NCBI GenBank assembly: GCA_028534125.1
Contig: CM052820.1
Location: 3,968,001 to 4,032,000, forward strand
Length of the DNA stretch: 64,000 bases
Direction of reading: 5' to 3'
Source of the DNA: Lama glama
Taxonomy: Eukaryota
This document shows positions 50,086-62,010 of this stretch, piece by piece. Below the pieces are notes generated by a model. That model was not told where the DNA came from. It did no database searches and saw only the letters and a program-made list of their open reading frames with translations. Position numbers and translations under genes: made by a program. Each line of letters begins with the position of its first letter. Positions within the stretch are counted from its first letter, which is position 1.

Positions 50086-53000
50086 GATGACATGAAAACC
50101 AAACCTGTCAACTGTCACTTCATGGAAACGAATACGAACACCCTTTGGTGTAGCAGCCATGGCAGCGCCCCTCTACGGTCACCCTTGCAGAACCGGGTGC
50201 GGCTGCAGCCGGGGGTCCTGCACGGATGCCCCCTCTCGTCCATCCAGCCTTCAGCTCTCTGTGGAGATGCAGCTGAGGAATCGGGAGGATTTAATCAAGG
50301 GCATCACATAACTTGCACCTGTCCCCCGAACAGCTGCAAAGAAGCTGGAGAATCTGTGTGGAGAAAACCCAAGAAATCCCTTCGGATGACCTAATCTCCT
50401 GAGTCTTCGAGTGCACGAGGGGCCTGTCCTACCAGCAACGTTCCCCTCCGCAGGATCCACCAGGAGGGATTCCTCTAATAATGACTCCTGCACTGTTGTC
50501 CTACAGATGCTAATCCAAACACAGGGAAGGGTCTGATCAGGACCCTCCTCACAGGCTCTGGAGTAGAAACAAAGACCAGGAGCCGTCAGGGATCAGCCAC
50601 CTAACGTGTCTGACAACAGCTGGATGTTTACCAAGCTGGTCTTTAGGTCCATGGACCCCAAAGATTCGTAAAGTCCAGGACTTCAGTGCAAATAAAAATT
50701 GAGGACACAAATACTGCCCTGGGAGCTGTCCTCGGCGCTGCTACAAAACCACCGTCAAGAAAAGCCTGCTGGAACAAGAGTTACCACCACTGCATCCCGT
50801 TTAAGACGTGGCTGCAGAGATACCTAGAAATCTTTCATCTGTGCCCAGGGGACTCCAAGGTTTGATATATTTTTCTCTAAATGCAGAAAACAACATGACT
50901 AAGATGCCTCTTCAAAGCCCAAATCCCCCCGACCCCAAATCTGCAGCAGGAGACACGTGACCGGTCTCCTGCCTTCATCAGCCAGTGTGTCACCAGCTCC
51001 ATGTTCCCCAGACTCAGAGGAGAAACACTCCACGGTGCCTGGCGACAGCAGCCACCCCTTTGGTAGTCACCATTTGCATCAGAGCTCTGGGGGAGGAAGA
51101 AAAGAGGGTCACCAGGATCCTTTATGACACAGGAAAATGGAGGAGAACGGCCATGTCTTCTCATCTGTGTGCCGCACACCGGTCACCAGCAACCAGCGAG
51201 CAAAGAGCCGGTGGGAGGGGTTCCTGCCACAGGAAGACAGGGAGTGGGGGCAGGGGAACCCAGGGCTGGGTCTCTAGCCCAGATGAGTCGGGCAGCTATG
51301 AGCCTCTTTCCCTGGTTATGATGTTGGGCGATGCTTGCCTCCTTTAGAAAATCACCACTAACCCCAGAATCTTCCATGAAAAAGAGACAGACCAAGTGGG
51401 GAATGATCAAATGAATCTGCCATGGCCAGACAGCATACAGTACTCAGGACCTTCAGGGGCTCTCCCCTCCGACGTCATCTCTGTCCCGAGGAGTGCTGCT
51501 AAACCGAGATCTGCCTGGTTCTGAACCAGCACAAAACTTTCCAAATTTGGAAAAGGAGGTTAATGACGCCTGATGTGCCCAGCGCTGGGCACCACTGTGG
51601 GTCGATCAAAGGCACCTTTTAAAAGCCTCATAACTACAAGGTGCTAGAGCCATCTAAGACGGTACTGGCTGTCCCGGCCACGAGTGATGCAGAGCCAGGA
51701 TTTATGTGCCGTCCGGTTCCCTATGTCCCTGTCACCCCCTCACAGCCACTCTGCCCCAACAGGGACAGCCAGAGGAATCCAGTGTCTGCGTGGAGAACCA
51801 GGTCACACCTGCCTCCTCGACCCCAATGGCCCTTCCCAAGCTCCGGGGGGCTCCCTTCGCCACACCCTGACCTGGCACTGGCCTCCAGCAGCCTGCTCTC
51901 CACCCGCAGCCTTCCATGCCACTGTCCTCTCCCCGAGAACATCCCCTACAGCTGTCAGAAGCTCTTTTTAACTCATCTTTTCCTACTCAATCCTGCAGAC
52001 CCTTCTCTATCCAGCAAAGGCCAAGAGAGTCTCCCTGTCTACTCCAGCCACGGCCCTGCCAGCCTCTGATGCCTCTGAGTCACCCCCACCTCGGTCCATC
52101 CAAGCTCCAGCCCAATGGACTGACGCACCTCACAGTGTGTCCACGGACCAGCAGCATGCAGCGCCCACCCACACCCTGCGTCTCAGGAGACTCAGTACAA
52201 GGTCAAGGGTGGGGGCACCAAGTGGACTGCAGATGCTTGCAAGCCCCCTGCAGGCCCCCAGTGCAGCCCTGGGCCCCTCACCCCCTGCCCCATTCCAACT
52301 GCGCAAGCTTGCTGCCTTCCCAGAAAACGTCAGGGCACCAGGCCCTCTGGGAAGACTTCAGGCCAGTGCTCAGAGCTGCCTGGCTCTCGGGGCTCACCAC
52401 CACACCCATCCCTCCCGCTCAGAGTTGGCAGCTGGACCCTGTACCATCAGTCACCACCATCTCCTCCAATTGGGCTGGGCCAGCACATAAAGCTGCTCAA
52501 TTATCTCCCATGTAATTAAAAACAGAAACAAAGGCCTCTCCTCCATCTGCATGCCCTCGCCCTCCACCCCGCATCCTCCCCATTCCTGCAGGGTGCCCCC
52601 CACCTTATTTCCCATCCTCTTCACCCTCCACAACTGCTAGAGCGGGTGGGGCCCAGCTGCCCCACCCCTGGCCACCAGCCACTGCAATCAGACTTTTCGG
52701 GCACGATGCTACTCAGACCCCCAGAGACTCCCGTCACCGCTCCTCCACTGGTGTCCAGGCCCCAGACAGCCCCACCCACCCCGGCTGTACAGAGCAGCTC
52801 AGGGGCTAGGCTCTGGGGCCAGAATGATGCAAACCCCATGAGACTTCGTGAAATTGACCCTGAGTCTCGGCACGTGGTCTCACATGTGCAGTAAGGCGAT
52901 GACCGTGGGGCTCCTGTGCCGCCCAAATATGATGGCACGTGGAGCAACCTGCCCCAGTGGGGAGAGCAAACATGCGTGGTCTGCTGCACCCCAGGGCTCT

Positions 53001-55679
53001 TCACTCTAACACCTCAAACTCCTTTGGAGTCCTGACCATGTCACATCCAGCCTCACCCCTGCCTCCTACTGGGGCCGCAGGATCAGCTAAATCCTCTCAT
53101 CACTGGGCCCAGCGCACTCAGGAGTCTGTGTCCCACCCCACATAACTGTGCACACCCTGCTTGGTATCAGTCACCCTGCCCCAACCCGACACCTGACATT
53201 TCTAGAACCACCTCCCCCAGAAGACCAGGGTCCTTGGCACAGGGCCAGCAGAGCTTTATATCTGAACCCCAGCCCTTATCAGTGTTCTGCTTAATACATT
53301 CCACCTAATGGTTAACTTGACCGACCCACGTGGTTGACTGTGGCTGAGCTCTGGAAGGGAGCAGCAGTGCCTCGGTCACGTGATAAATAGCAGCAAGGAC
53401 AGAGGACTTACTCGACCCCCCCACCATGCCCCTGTTTACACCGCTACACCACACAGCCGCCCCCACCCCCTCGAAGTTTATCTATGAAGTCTCCAGTGGT
53501 TAGGGAAAGAGGCAGAGAAGAGGCTGATTCATTTCTCCCCCTACCCCCAACCCCGGCCACAAAAATCCTCAGCTGCAGCTGATCTTGGGTGGCTGCCCCC
53601 GAGAAAAGTACCCCTCCCTGGGTGGAAAACACACAAACATGATGGGGGGTGGGGTTCCCGGAGTGTGACTGCCTGGGGAGAGTCTATCCCATAGCAGTAG
53701 CTTCATTTTAGGGAACAGGGTGCTGGTCAGAGAGGAGAGAGCTGGGAGCCTCAAGAAAGCACTCCTTGGAGGGACCCCCGGTAAGGCTGCATCTTCCCTG
53801 CCCTCTTTGGCCTGGCCACGCCCACCATGCTATTTGCAGCAGAGGCGGATTTGCCCAAGAGCCCCCAGCCATCCCTGGATGGAGGCGGTCAGCCAGTTCA
53901 CCTGGATCCAGCTGCACGGGCCACCTGCGGGCACTGGGCCTCTTCTGAGAGAATGAAATGCAGGCGATTGATCCAAGTGCTTAGAACACCCACTAAGAAA
54001 GAGAACACCTGAAATACTTAGGACTCTTTGAAGGGAGAATAAGGGGGCTGAGCCCAGAGTTAACACAAGGGTCTAACAGCTCTTAGCACCCGGAACTTCA
54101 AACGTTCTCAAAATGATGATTTTCCCTTTTCCAATGGCACATTCAGGGAAGCTGTCAGGAGCAGTGGGCCCAGGACAGGCCCTCACAGTCTGAGAAGTCA
54201 CCCACAGAGAGGGCCATGCTGCAAGTACCACCTCACTGCACCCAAACTGTCAAAGAATTTCCAGAGAAGCAATAGCTGTCACCGGAAATTTCTGGGCGCA
54301 AAAAAAAAAAAAGTGACATTAGGCAACAGAATGTTCCTGCAGAAGGCTTTGTTCTCAGGAAGGCTGTTTTCTGGAATTACAAGTTCATGCCCAAGGAAAG
54401 GCAACACTTGAAACGGCCATCCGTGAAAGTGAGCGGCCGGGACTCCCCACCCATGCACCCCAGTCCTCTGGAGCTTTCCAGCCTCCCCGGGCTGTGATCG
54501 AGTGCAGGGATGAACATGCGGCCTGCAGCCCGCTCACATCAGCCTCCCCCAGGCCAGAGCTCAGGGGCCTGGCCCACCTCCTGTTGCCAGGCCAGAGGCA
54601 GGTCTCCCCGGTGACAAAGAACTCAAAGGGCAGTGGTGTGGCCATTCTTTGCAAGCCATGCATGCAACACACTTTCAGTTTATCCACTCGCTTACAGACA
54701 AGATGGAAAAAAATATTTCACATTGACTAAAAGCTCCCAGGACCAAAGCCTAGTGTGTAGGGCTCCCGCCCATTAGAGGTTTAACCTCAGGCTTCAAAGA
54801 TACCAGGCCACCAGCAGGGTGGGCAGGCCCACCCCCAACCCAGCGCTTAGAGCACTTTGGCCCCCTCCTTCTGAAGCCTAGGCCTCCCCTCACTGGGCCT
54901 CAAGGCTTAGACAGACCAGCCCTGGGCTCCTCTTCCCAATGGGACCCGGGCCAAGGCTGGAGGAGGGCAGACCATGGCCAGGCTCAGCCAGGCGCATCAC
55001 AGATGTTAACCAGTTCATCCATTTTATTCCCCAAATGCCCACACAAGGTACGTACTGTTAGCATCCCTATTTCAGAGATTTGGAAAGTAAGTCGCAGAGG
55101 TTGAAAGGTGCCCTGGATCTCCCAGTATAGGGTGGACCTGGACTTGAGCATTCTAAGTGCGCCCTGCCCCCCATCCCACTGTACCCAAGGGGTGTGGCTG
55201 GCCCCACACTGGGCCTCTGGACATGCAAAGGGAGACGGAGTGGAAGTTAGGATGGAGACAGGGCTTCACAAAACAAAGTCAGGTTACTTCATTTTGCTCT
55301 GCTGGGGGAGGTGGGCAAAGTGGTAAAAGACTTCAGAAGCAGGTAGGCAGACACACACACACACAGCCCCTCACCCAGTTTCAAGGGACGGGGCACAGAG
55401 AGTTCAAGGCAGACGGGGGTAAAACAGGGTTCCATTTCCTGTGAATCTCTAGGGACAAGGCACCACCAGTCCAGAGGTCAGGATTATCCCCAAGTGCCTG
55501 CCTCAAGCCTCCCCTTCCCTCCTGAGTCCTGAGAGAGGCTGAGCACAGCCCTCAGCACCCTCCCCGTCCCCTGCACTGGCTTTGAGTGGCCTTCTGCCTC
55601 CAACCAGACCCCAGGGCAGCTGGCATGGGAAAACCTAGGGCCTGAAATTCCCAAATCCACTGCCAGTCCATCTGATGAG

Positions 55680-55720
55680 CCCACCTCCTCCTGAGGACCC
55701 CACCTCCTCCTGAGGACCCC
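55680..55720. repeat. Tandem duplication of a 19-bp unit
   Basis: cccacctcctcctgaggac x2. Confidence 0.9.
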
Positions 55721-56224
55721 TCTCCCGCCCTCCCCAACCCTGTGTGCCTCCAGTGCCCTCTCACCCCTCCTCCTCCCCAGCCCTTGACCTCCATCCTGCG
55801 AGGTGGCAGGAAAGTCTGTCAACTGCAGGCCTCCCTTCCCTAAGCAGAAGTACTCACTTACGAAGCCACAATTCTCAGCATCAGACACACTCTGGATACA
55901 ACCAGATCAGTACCAAGGCGCGGGCATGAGGAAAACCGTGCCTTTCTCAGGAGACACCCAGACCTTTTGCAGGTCTGTCAACTCAGTCCCTCCCAGGGTA
56001 ACGTTAGCAGTGTTGTTTCTAAAGCAAAATCTTGTCACTTCTAATAACAGGAGACATTTATTTTGCGAATAGGAAATGGTGTGCACAAACAAGCAGAAAT
56101 GCTTGCCAAGAGGGGTAAAGAAAAGGGTGAAGGAAAACGTCCGTAAGTGAGCAACTGGCTGCCAAGGTTGTAATGACCTTGGTGACGCAGACACAAAGTT
56201 CACAGGGGCTTCTGAAGCATCGCC

Positions 56225-56594
56225 GCCCTTGTCTGCTCGGCCTGCCATCACAAAGTACGCAGGCTTGGGGGCGTTAAACAGCAGCCCGTGCCTTCTCCCA
56301 GCTCTGGTGGGTAGAAGTCTGAGGCACGGTGTCGGCAGGGTTGACTTCCCCTGCATCCTCCCTCCCCGGCTCGCAGGTGGCATTTCCCTCTGTGTCCTCA
56401 CTCACAGCCTCTTCTCTCTGGGCCTGCGTCCTGATCCCCTCTCACTACACAGGACACCGGTCTTGTTAGATTAGGGCCCATCCCAGTGCTCTCACTGTAA
56501 CTTAATAACCTCTTCAAAGGCCCTGTCTCCAAATGCAGTCACATTCTGAGGCACCGGGGGTGGGATTCCGGAAGAACAAACTCAGCTCACAGCA
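56225..56594 (-). mobile_element. MaLR solo LTR (MLT1A-like)
   Basis: gtctgctcggcctgccatcacaaagtac ... gattagggcccatcc ... cttaataacctcttcaaaggccctgtctccaaatgcagtcacattctgagg is the reverse of an MLT1 LTR. Confidence 0.85.
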
Positions 56595-57502
56595 TCATCA
56601 AGATACCATCATGTTTAACAAACAAGAGTGACAATTCCTAAGGAAGGGGTGCCTTCAGTGTATCACAGCCCCACTTGGATTTATGAAAGGCATCTGTCTC
56701 AGCAAAGCAGCCTTGACATCAGCGAGGCGCCGCACTGCTCAGCTCAGCTCCAGGTCACCTGGGCCCTACGTGGAGTCAGCAGTCACTAGTCGGTGACACT
56801 CAGGACTGAGAGAGACAAGCTCAGCCTCTTCTGGTGGGAAGAAGGCGTCTCACCTCCCAGCCTCGCTGCCATCCTCTCGGGGACACTAGGAAAATTGCCA
56901 GTACATGTGGGGCCTGGGGTTAGTCTGGCCTCTGACTCTGTCTGTGGATGCTCCTGGAGTCATTTAAAACCAGGTGTGTCTCACTCAAATATGAAACCAT
57001 CACGCATGTGGTTGGTCAGCAACTTCAACCAGAGACCCCTGGCCCGGAGAAGAAACGTTTCTCCATTTCCTTTGTGGCCGTCAAGTTCAGGCTGCATCGC
57101 TCACTATGAGCAAATCAAGATTTCAGGCTTGAAACTCTGTTGTTTCTTCCTTTCCTTCCTTTTTTTTTTAATGTAGCCCTAAAAACAAGTGTGTGATGAC
57201 TTGTGTATCACGTTCAAACCGCAGCATCTGTCTCCACAGTGGTAATAAGGCGCCAGGACAAACGAGAGCAGTGCCCTCTCCCACCCGGGGTCCTCATCAG
57301 CCAGCAGCAGGCGCGACGCCCCGACCCGGCCAGGCCAATGGGAAAAGCACGGCTGCAACGTCCTCACAGGGGAGATGACACGCCCTGGGCGCCCCCCCCC
57401 AACCCCTGGACACCGTGCTTTCTTCACCTGTCCGATGGCGTCTGTGCCGCCCTGCTAGTTACTCACAGGAACGTATCAAAGCCCCAGCTGCCTCGCCTCA
57501 CT

Positions 57503-57565
57503 GGTAAATAAACAAACAGATGAACAAACCAACCTCATTACCCCTCCAAAAATTAAAAAGAAGAA
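57503..57565 (+). mobile_element. Probable 5'-truncated tail of the same SINE family
   Basis: taaataaacaaacagatgaacaaaccaacctcattacccctccaaaaattaaaaag resembles the tails of the full copies. Confidence 0.4.
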
Positions 57566-59319
57566 AATGTAGTTTTATGTGTGTGTGTGCGTTAAGGCAG
57601 ATTACTTTACACAAAGTCAGGAATCCTGCTCCAGGGTGACCAGGAAAGCAACACGGGAACCACCTGCTTCTCTCCACGGTAACTGGCTTGAGGAGCAGCT
57701 CACACATAGCCTGGCCTGAGAAGCATTTTAATTGTTATCAGTTGATCAGATAAAAGCATTCAGCACTGGTCTGCTATCCCCATTAGCTTTCCCTTTGGAA
57801 GCTGAGGGCGGGGAGTGTAATACTGGTGAAATAAAGGGACGAGGATCAAAAGTAAAGGTGAGATGAGGCTGTGATGCTTCTGGACACCTAATGAATTCCA
57901 TGTTCTCAAGTCCAGTATGAGTTAATTTTTAAAGCGCATGTCTGGTTTTAAATCTTTGTTGCCCTTGTGTGGAATGAACAAATGTTACTGTTATCACACA
58001 ATTAAAAAAAAAGGTGGGGGGGGAATCACCCTGGGTACAGCAATTAATATTCTTCACTCATGAAAGAGCTTTGTTTGAAATTACATGATTCAATCAGAAA
58101 GTCATTTTCTTTCCAAGTGTGCTGGGCTTCCTATGTGAATGCAAATCATAGTGATAGAAATACAACATAAAGATTGAAAACGCACTGCTTACTCCTTACA
58201 CATGTTTAAATTGGGTCCAGATATAGCTGTGAGAAGCAAGTCAGAGATCCTGATGGAATATGTGGGATATTTTATTCTCATTTTCTTGAGACCATTTGCC
58301 TCCATGAAAATAAAGCAGAGACCCAGGATGGAGACTTTTCAGATGAAGTCATCGTCAAGACTGTCATGTGGGAAGAGAAGAGACAGGGTCTTAAAAGTCC
58401 TGCAGGTCAGGATTAGAGTATGTCAACTTCAGGACTGGCCAGGGGGGGGACTACTGACTACCAACATCTAGCTCCTGTCACTTTAAATGTGTCACTGTCC
58501 TGCGATCGCGTCTTCTGCGCTAAGCCCACACGGGGACATCTGAGGACGACCTTGGACTGGGGGAACCACCCTTCACTCTGGTCTCCATCTCGGGACTGGG
58601 ATGCGGCACCTATTAAAATGTTCCTTGTCATCATTCAATTAACAGTACACGTGATGCAGAATATTGCGCCCTTTTTTTTATTCCGTCATGTATCAAAATA
58701 TTCAATTGGAAAGTCTGTTTCCTTCATCTTGCCATTGTTGTTACAAAGTTAAGCAACCCCAGCTGTCCAGGAAATACCACCGCAATGAACACATCATTGG
58801 GCAGAGAAGAATCAACTGAGGTTCCTGACAACCATCTCACAGGCTGGGGGAGAAAAGAGCCCACGTTACACTAAATATGCAGTTATGAATAAAATCCTAC
58901 CCCACACCCCGCACTGCCTTTTATCACCTCATCACGGGCCAGATGGAAAGACGCGGCTGAAGAACGCTGATTATAATCTCTAGATAACTGTAACATGTTT
59001 CTTCTGGTTCTTTATCTGTATGTTCTAAAATTGACATGTACTGCTGTTAATAAGAAAGGCTATTTTTAATTTTTAAACTTGGATTTAAGTTAGCTTTTCA
59101 ACGGTTTTGTTTATGCTCTGAGCAAAATAATGATTTTTTTAAAATCTATCTTTACCTCTGTCATCTCAAGCCGCCCACCTTTAAATCCTTCTTGGAATGC
59201 TTCCCCTTTGCTACCTAATCCATCCAATAATAAACAAGGGTGGGAGGAATCAGATAGAAGAGACCAGTGAACTTACACCACTTCTCCGTAAGTAGCAAGC
59301 AAAAGGGTACCCCACACAG

Positions 59320-59420
59320 TGGTTGGGTACCATTTCCGCCTTAAAGAGGAGGAAACAGGCCTAGAGAGGTCAAGTGCCTTGCCCAAGGATACGCAGCTAA
59401 TGAGGGGGAACGAGGGGTTC
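59320..59420 (-). mobile_element. MIR SINE core
   Basis: ttaaagaggaggaaacaggcctagagaggtcaagtgccttgcccaaggatacgcagctaa. Similar decayed MIR cores occur near 5750, 32500, 45350, 45840, 49170, 55070 and 62830. Confidence 0.65.
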
Positions 59421-60299
59421 CTGCCGGGTCAGGTGCCGCCAGCACCAGGCCCTGTCCCTCCCCTGCGCGGCGCTGCCGTCCCTGCGTCCTGGGGAAGGGG
59501 CACTCATTTCTCTTATACTTCTGTTTCTCCCCAGTATGGATGAGCCCTCTTCCCCGAGGTTTCAGCAATGCCTGTGCCATAAAACCGCGGGACCTCCTCT
59601 GCTCCCATGCATACCTCTCCCCAGGCCCTCGGCAGAGCACTGTTCCCTGAAGATGGAATCAATGTTGTCACCCCACAGACACGTGATCAGGGAATTTGCT
59701 TAGGGCGGTGCCCCGAGGTTGAGTGAACCAACAGGGCGAGTGGAGGGCAGAGTCTCAGAGACGAAGGAACTGGGGGTGCCTCGGGCTGGGTGGGCAGGAC
59801 CTCAACGTCTGATGGATGGAGGCTGAGGAGTGGCCAGGTGGCCTGGGTGGTGTCCCCTGATGAACATGGAAGCCATGCCCAGCCACAGGGGGCCGGGCTG
59901 GCTGCTCCCAAAGGAATATGCTTACAACATGTCAGTCAGGGAGCTCCCACAGGCCCTCCCTCCGCCTTCGGGAAGGCTGCCCGGCGAGTCTCTCGCCCAG
60001 TGAAGGCAAGCCCACCCCCGCTGGCAGGATCTACGGCTGCCATCACTCTGTATTTCTCTCCCGCTTAGGTAACCATCACAAAATTGAGCTCAGAAAACAA
60101 CACGGTGCCCCAAACCCTAAGCATTTCACACCAGAAGACATTGTATAATGTAAGGCTAATCTTCATCAAGAGAAAACTTCCCATTGACGGGCTCTTGCCT
60201 TTAGTTACCCATCCATCCCTGCGGGCTGCTCTGTGTCCCTTCTGGAACAATCCAATGGTCAATGGATCGATCTGTTCCAGATCAACCCATCAACCATTG

Positions 60300-60700
60300 T
60301 GAGAGATCTCTTTCTTTAGCTGAGATTCCTAGAAGCATAATTCCTGGTCAGAGTGTACAAACCTTTTATCCATTCACATTTCCTAACTGCCTTCTAGAAA
60401 AGGTACATGGTCCCACCTCCCCATCATTATTGGGGGCAGGGCTCAATGTTGCCCCCAACACACAGGCTTCCTCTGGTCACAGCCCCCCCCCCAACATGGC
60501 CATAGGAATGGACACGTCTATGTCATTGTCATGACTGATTTCAATCTTTGCTTGTCTGTCTAAACAATGGCACCTCAGATTAACTGGGTTTTGTCCCTTT
60601 ACCTGTGGGAATCTTCACGGCTTTGTAATCTATTTGTACCAGCTCTTTGGACACCAGGAACAGCCATTTGTCTGTAACATTCCTCTGTGAATATGTTTTC
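60300..60700 (-). mobile_element. Highly decayed old L1 (L1ME/L1M5-like) fragment
   Basis: gattcctagaagcataattcctggtcagagtgta...ttcctaactgccttctagaaaaggt resembles the antisense L1ME 3' region. Boundaries are uncertain. Confidence 0.4.
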
Positions 60701-60911
60701 CGTAACTTGTCAAAATACAGATCAGAGCACATGGAAAGCAAAGATTTTTGAGAACACTGCTATGCAGATATTCCGAGCATGGTTTTTCTCAGTGGTACCC
60801 GGCCTCTCCCAGTTGGCACTGCCCACAGAGCAGCTTCCATCTCGTCTCTGTCCTGGCGGGTCTTAAGGCCGCCAACAGTCACAGAGGCTGGGGTTCCTCT
60901 GGGGAACATGC

Positions 60912-61042
60912 TAGCTTTTCCCAGAGAATGTTCCTTTAATAAGTCTTTCTAGACTTTTGACTGTAGTTGAAGCTAAACTCACAGGCTTGTAATTTGCACA
61001 AACCATATTTTTTTTTCCTCCTTTGAAATGTGATATCCTTTC
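60912..61042 (-). mobile_element. CR1/L3 LINE reverse-transcriptase fossil
   Basis: Minus-strand translation ISHFKGGKKNMVCANYKPVSLASTTVKSLERLIK aligns by eye with the CR1-clade RT motif PIFKKGKKEDPGNYRPVSLTS.PGK.LE.IIK. Confidence 0.75.
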
Positions 61043-61658
61043 CGTGTTGAGTTTTCTGCGGCCTGCCTGCCAGGTAGTCTTCAGAACAGCAGGGCGGAGG
61101 GCAAGCTCACTGGCAAGAGCCCCCAGGACCTCAGAAGGTCCCAAGCCCCAGCGTGAGCCCGCAGCTCTGTGCTCTGTCTCTGCTGTGTCTCTGGTGCCTA
61201 GAACTGCCATGGAGAACAACCAACACGTAACAGATGGAGTCATGGGGGAGGGGATTGGCAGGGGGAGGGGGGTGTCACGGGTGAATGAATAAACTCACAG
61301 ACCAACCCAGCTCCCAGGGCAGCATGGGGCTCCCTCACAATCTCCTCACTCCTCCCAGGTCTAAGCAAGGCTTATTTTCATCTTTTCCATCCTAAGATCA
61401 CCCTCCAATCAAAAAGACATGTTTCTGATTGCCCACCAACGTGGTCATCCAGCTTGATTTACTGAACTCTGCTGCCTGGGAAACTCTATAAATTAACCCG
61501 AACTAGACATTAAAACGCCACTACTTTGATGTAAAAGGCACTCCAGAGTAAATAATGAGAAGCCAGCCCATGATCTAATGGAAGAGCCAAAGTGCTTCTA
61601 ATTGGTTTCATCTTAATCAGCCCCATGACATCTAGGCACGTCCCAGATCCTTAAATTA

Positions 61659-61783
61659 GGGGGAGAGGGCACAGCTCAAGTGGTAGAGCGCATGCTTAGC
61701 ATGCCCGAGGTCCTGGGTTCAATCCCCAGCACCTCCTCTAAAAGTAAACAATTAAAACCAATTACCTCCCCAAAAAACAAAAA
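61659..61783 (+). mobile_element. tRNA-Ala-derived camelid SINE (vic-1 type) with target-site duplication
   Basis: Full head GGGGGAGAGGGCACAGCTCAAGTGGTAGAGCGCATGCTTAGCATG...GGTTCAATCCC and A-rich tail. Flanked by cagatccttaaat(t/c)ag at 61644-61659 and 61784-61799. Confidence 0.92.
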
Positions 61784-61849
61784 CAGATCCTTAAATCAGT
61801 GACACCTGATGCACTGTATACTCCACAGAGCCCTCAAAATCCTGGAACC

Positions 61850-62010
61850 TGGGATCAGCAGTGCTCATCAAGATATACGTATTAGAAATGCAGACTCTCA
61901 GGCTCCACCTCAGACCCACTAAATCAGAATCTCTGGGAGGGGGGCCAGGAGTCTATCTCAAAAAGCCTCCAGATGCTTCTGACTTGCCCCAGACACGTGT
62001 GCAAAGCGCT
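61850..62010. mobile_element. MER5A-like hAT-Charlie fragment
   Basis: ttagaaatgcagactctcaggctccacctcagacccactaaatcagaatctctgggaggggggccagga. Confidence 0.75.

Noticed and set aside
34787-55720. Short direct repeats (34787-34827 and 55680-55720) as a CRISPR-like or array system
   Set aside because: Only two adjacent copies each, no spacers, and a eukaryotic context. They are ordinary slippage duplications.
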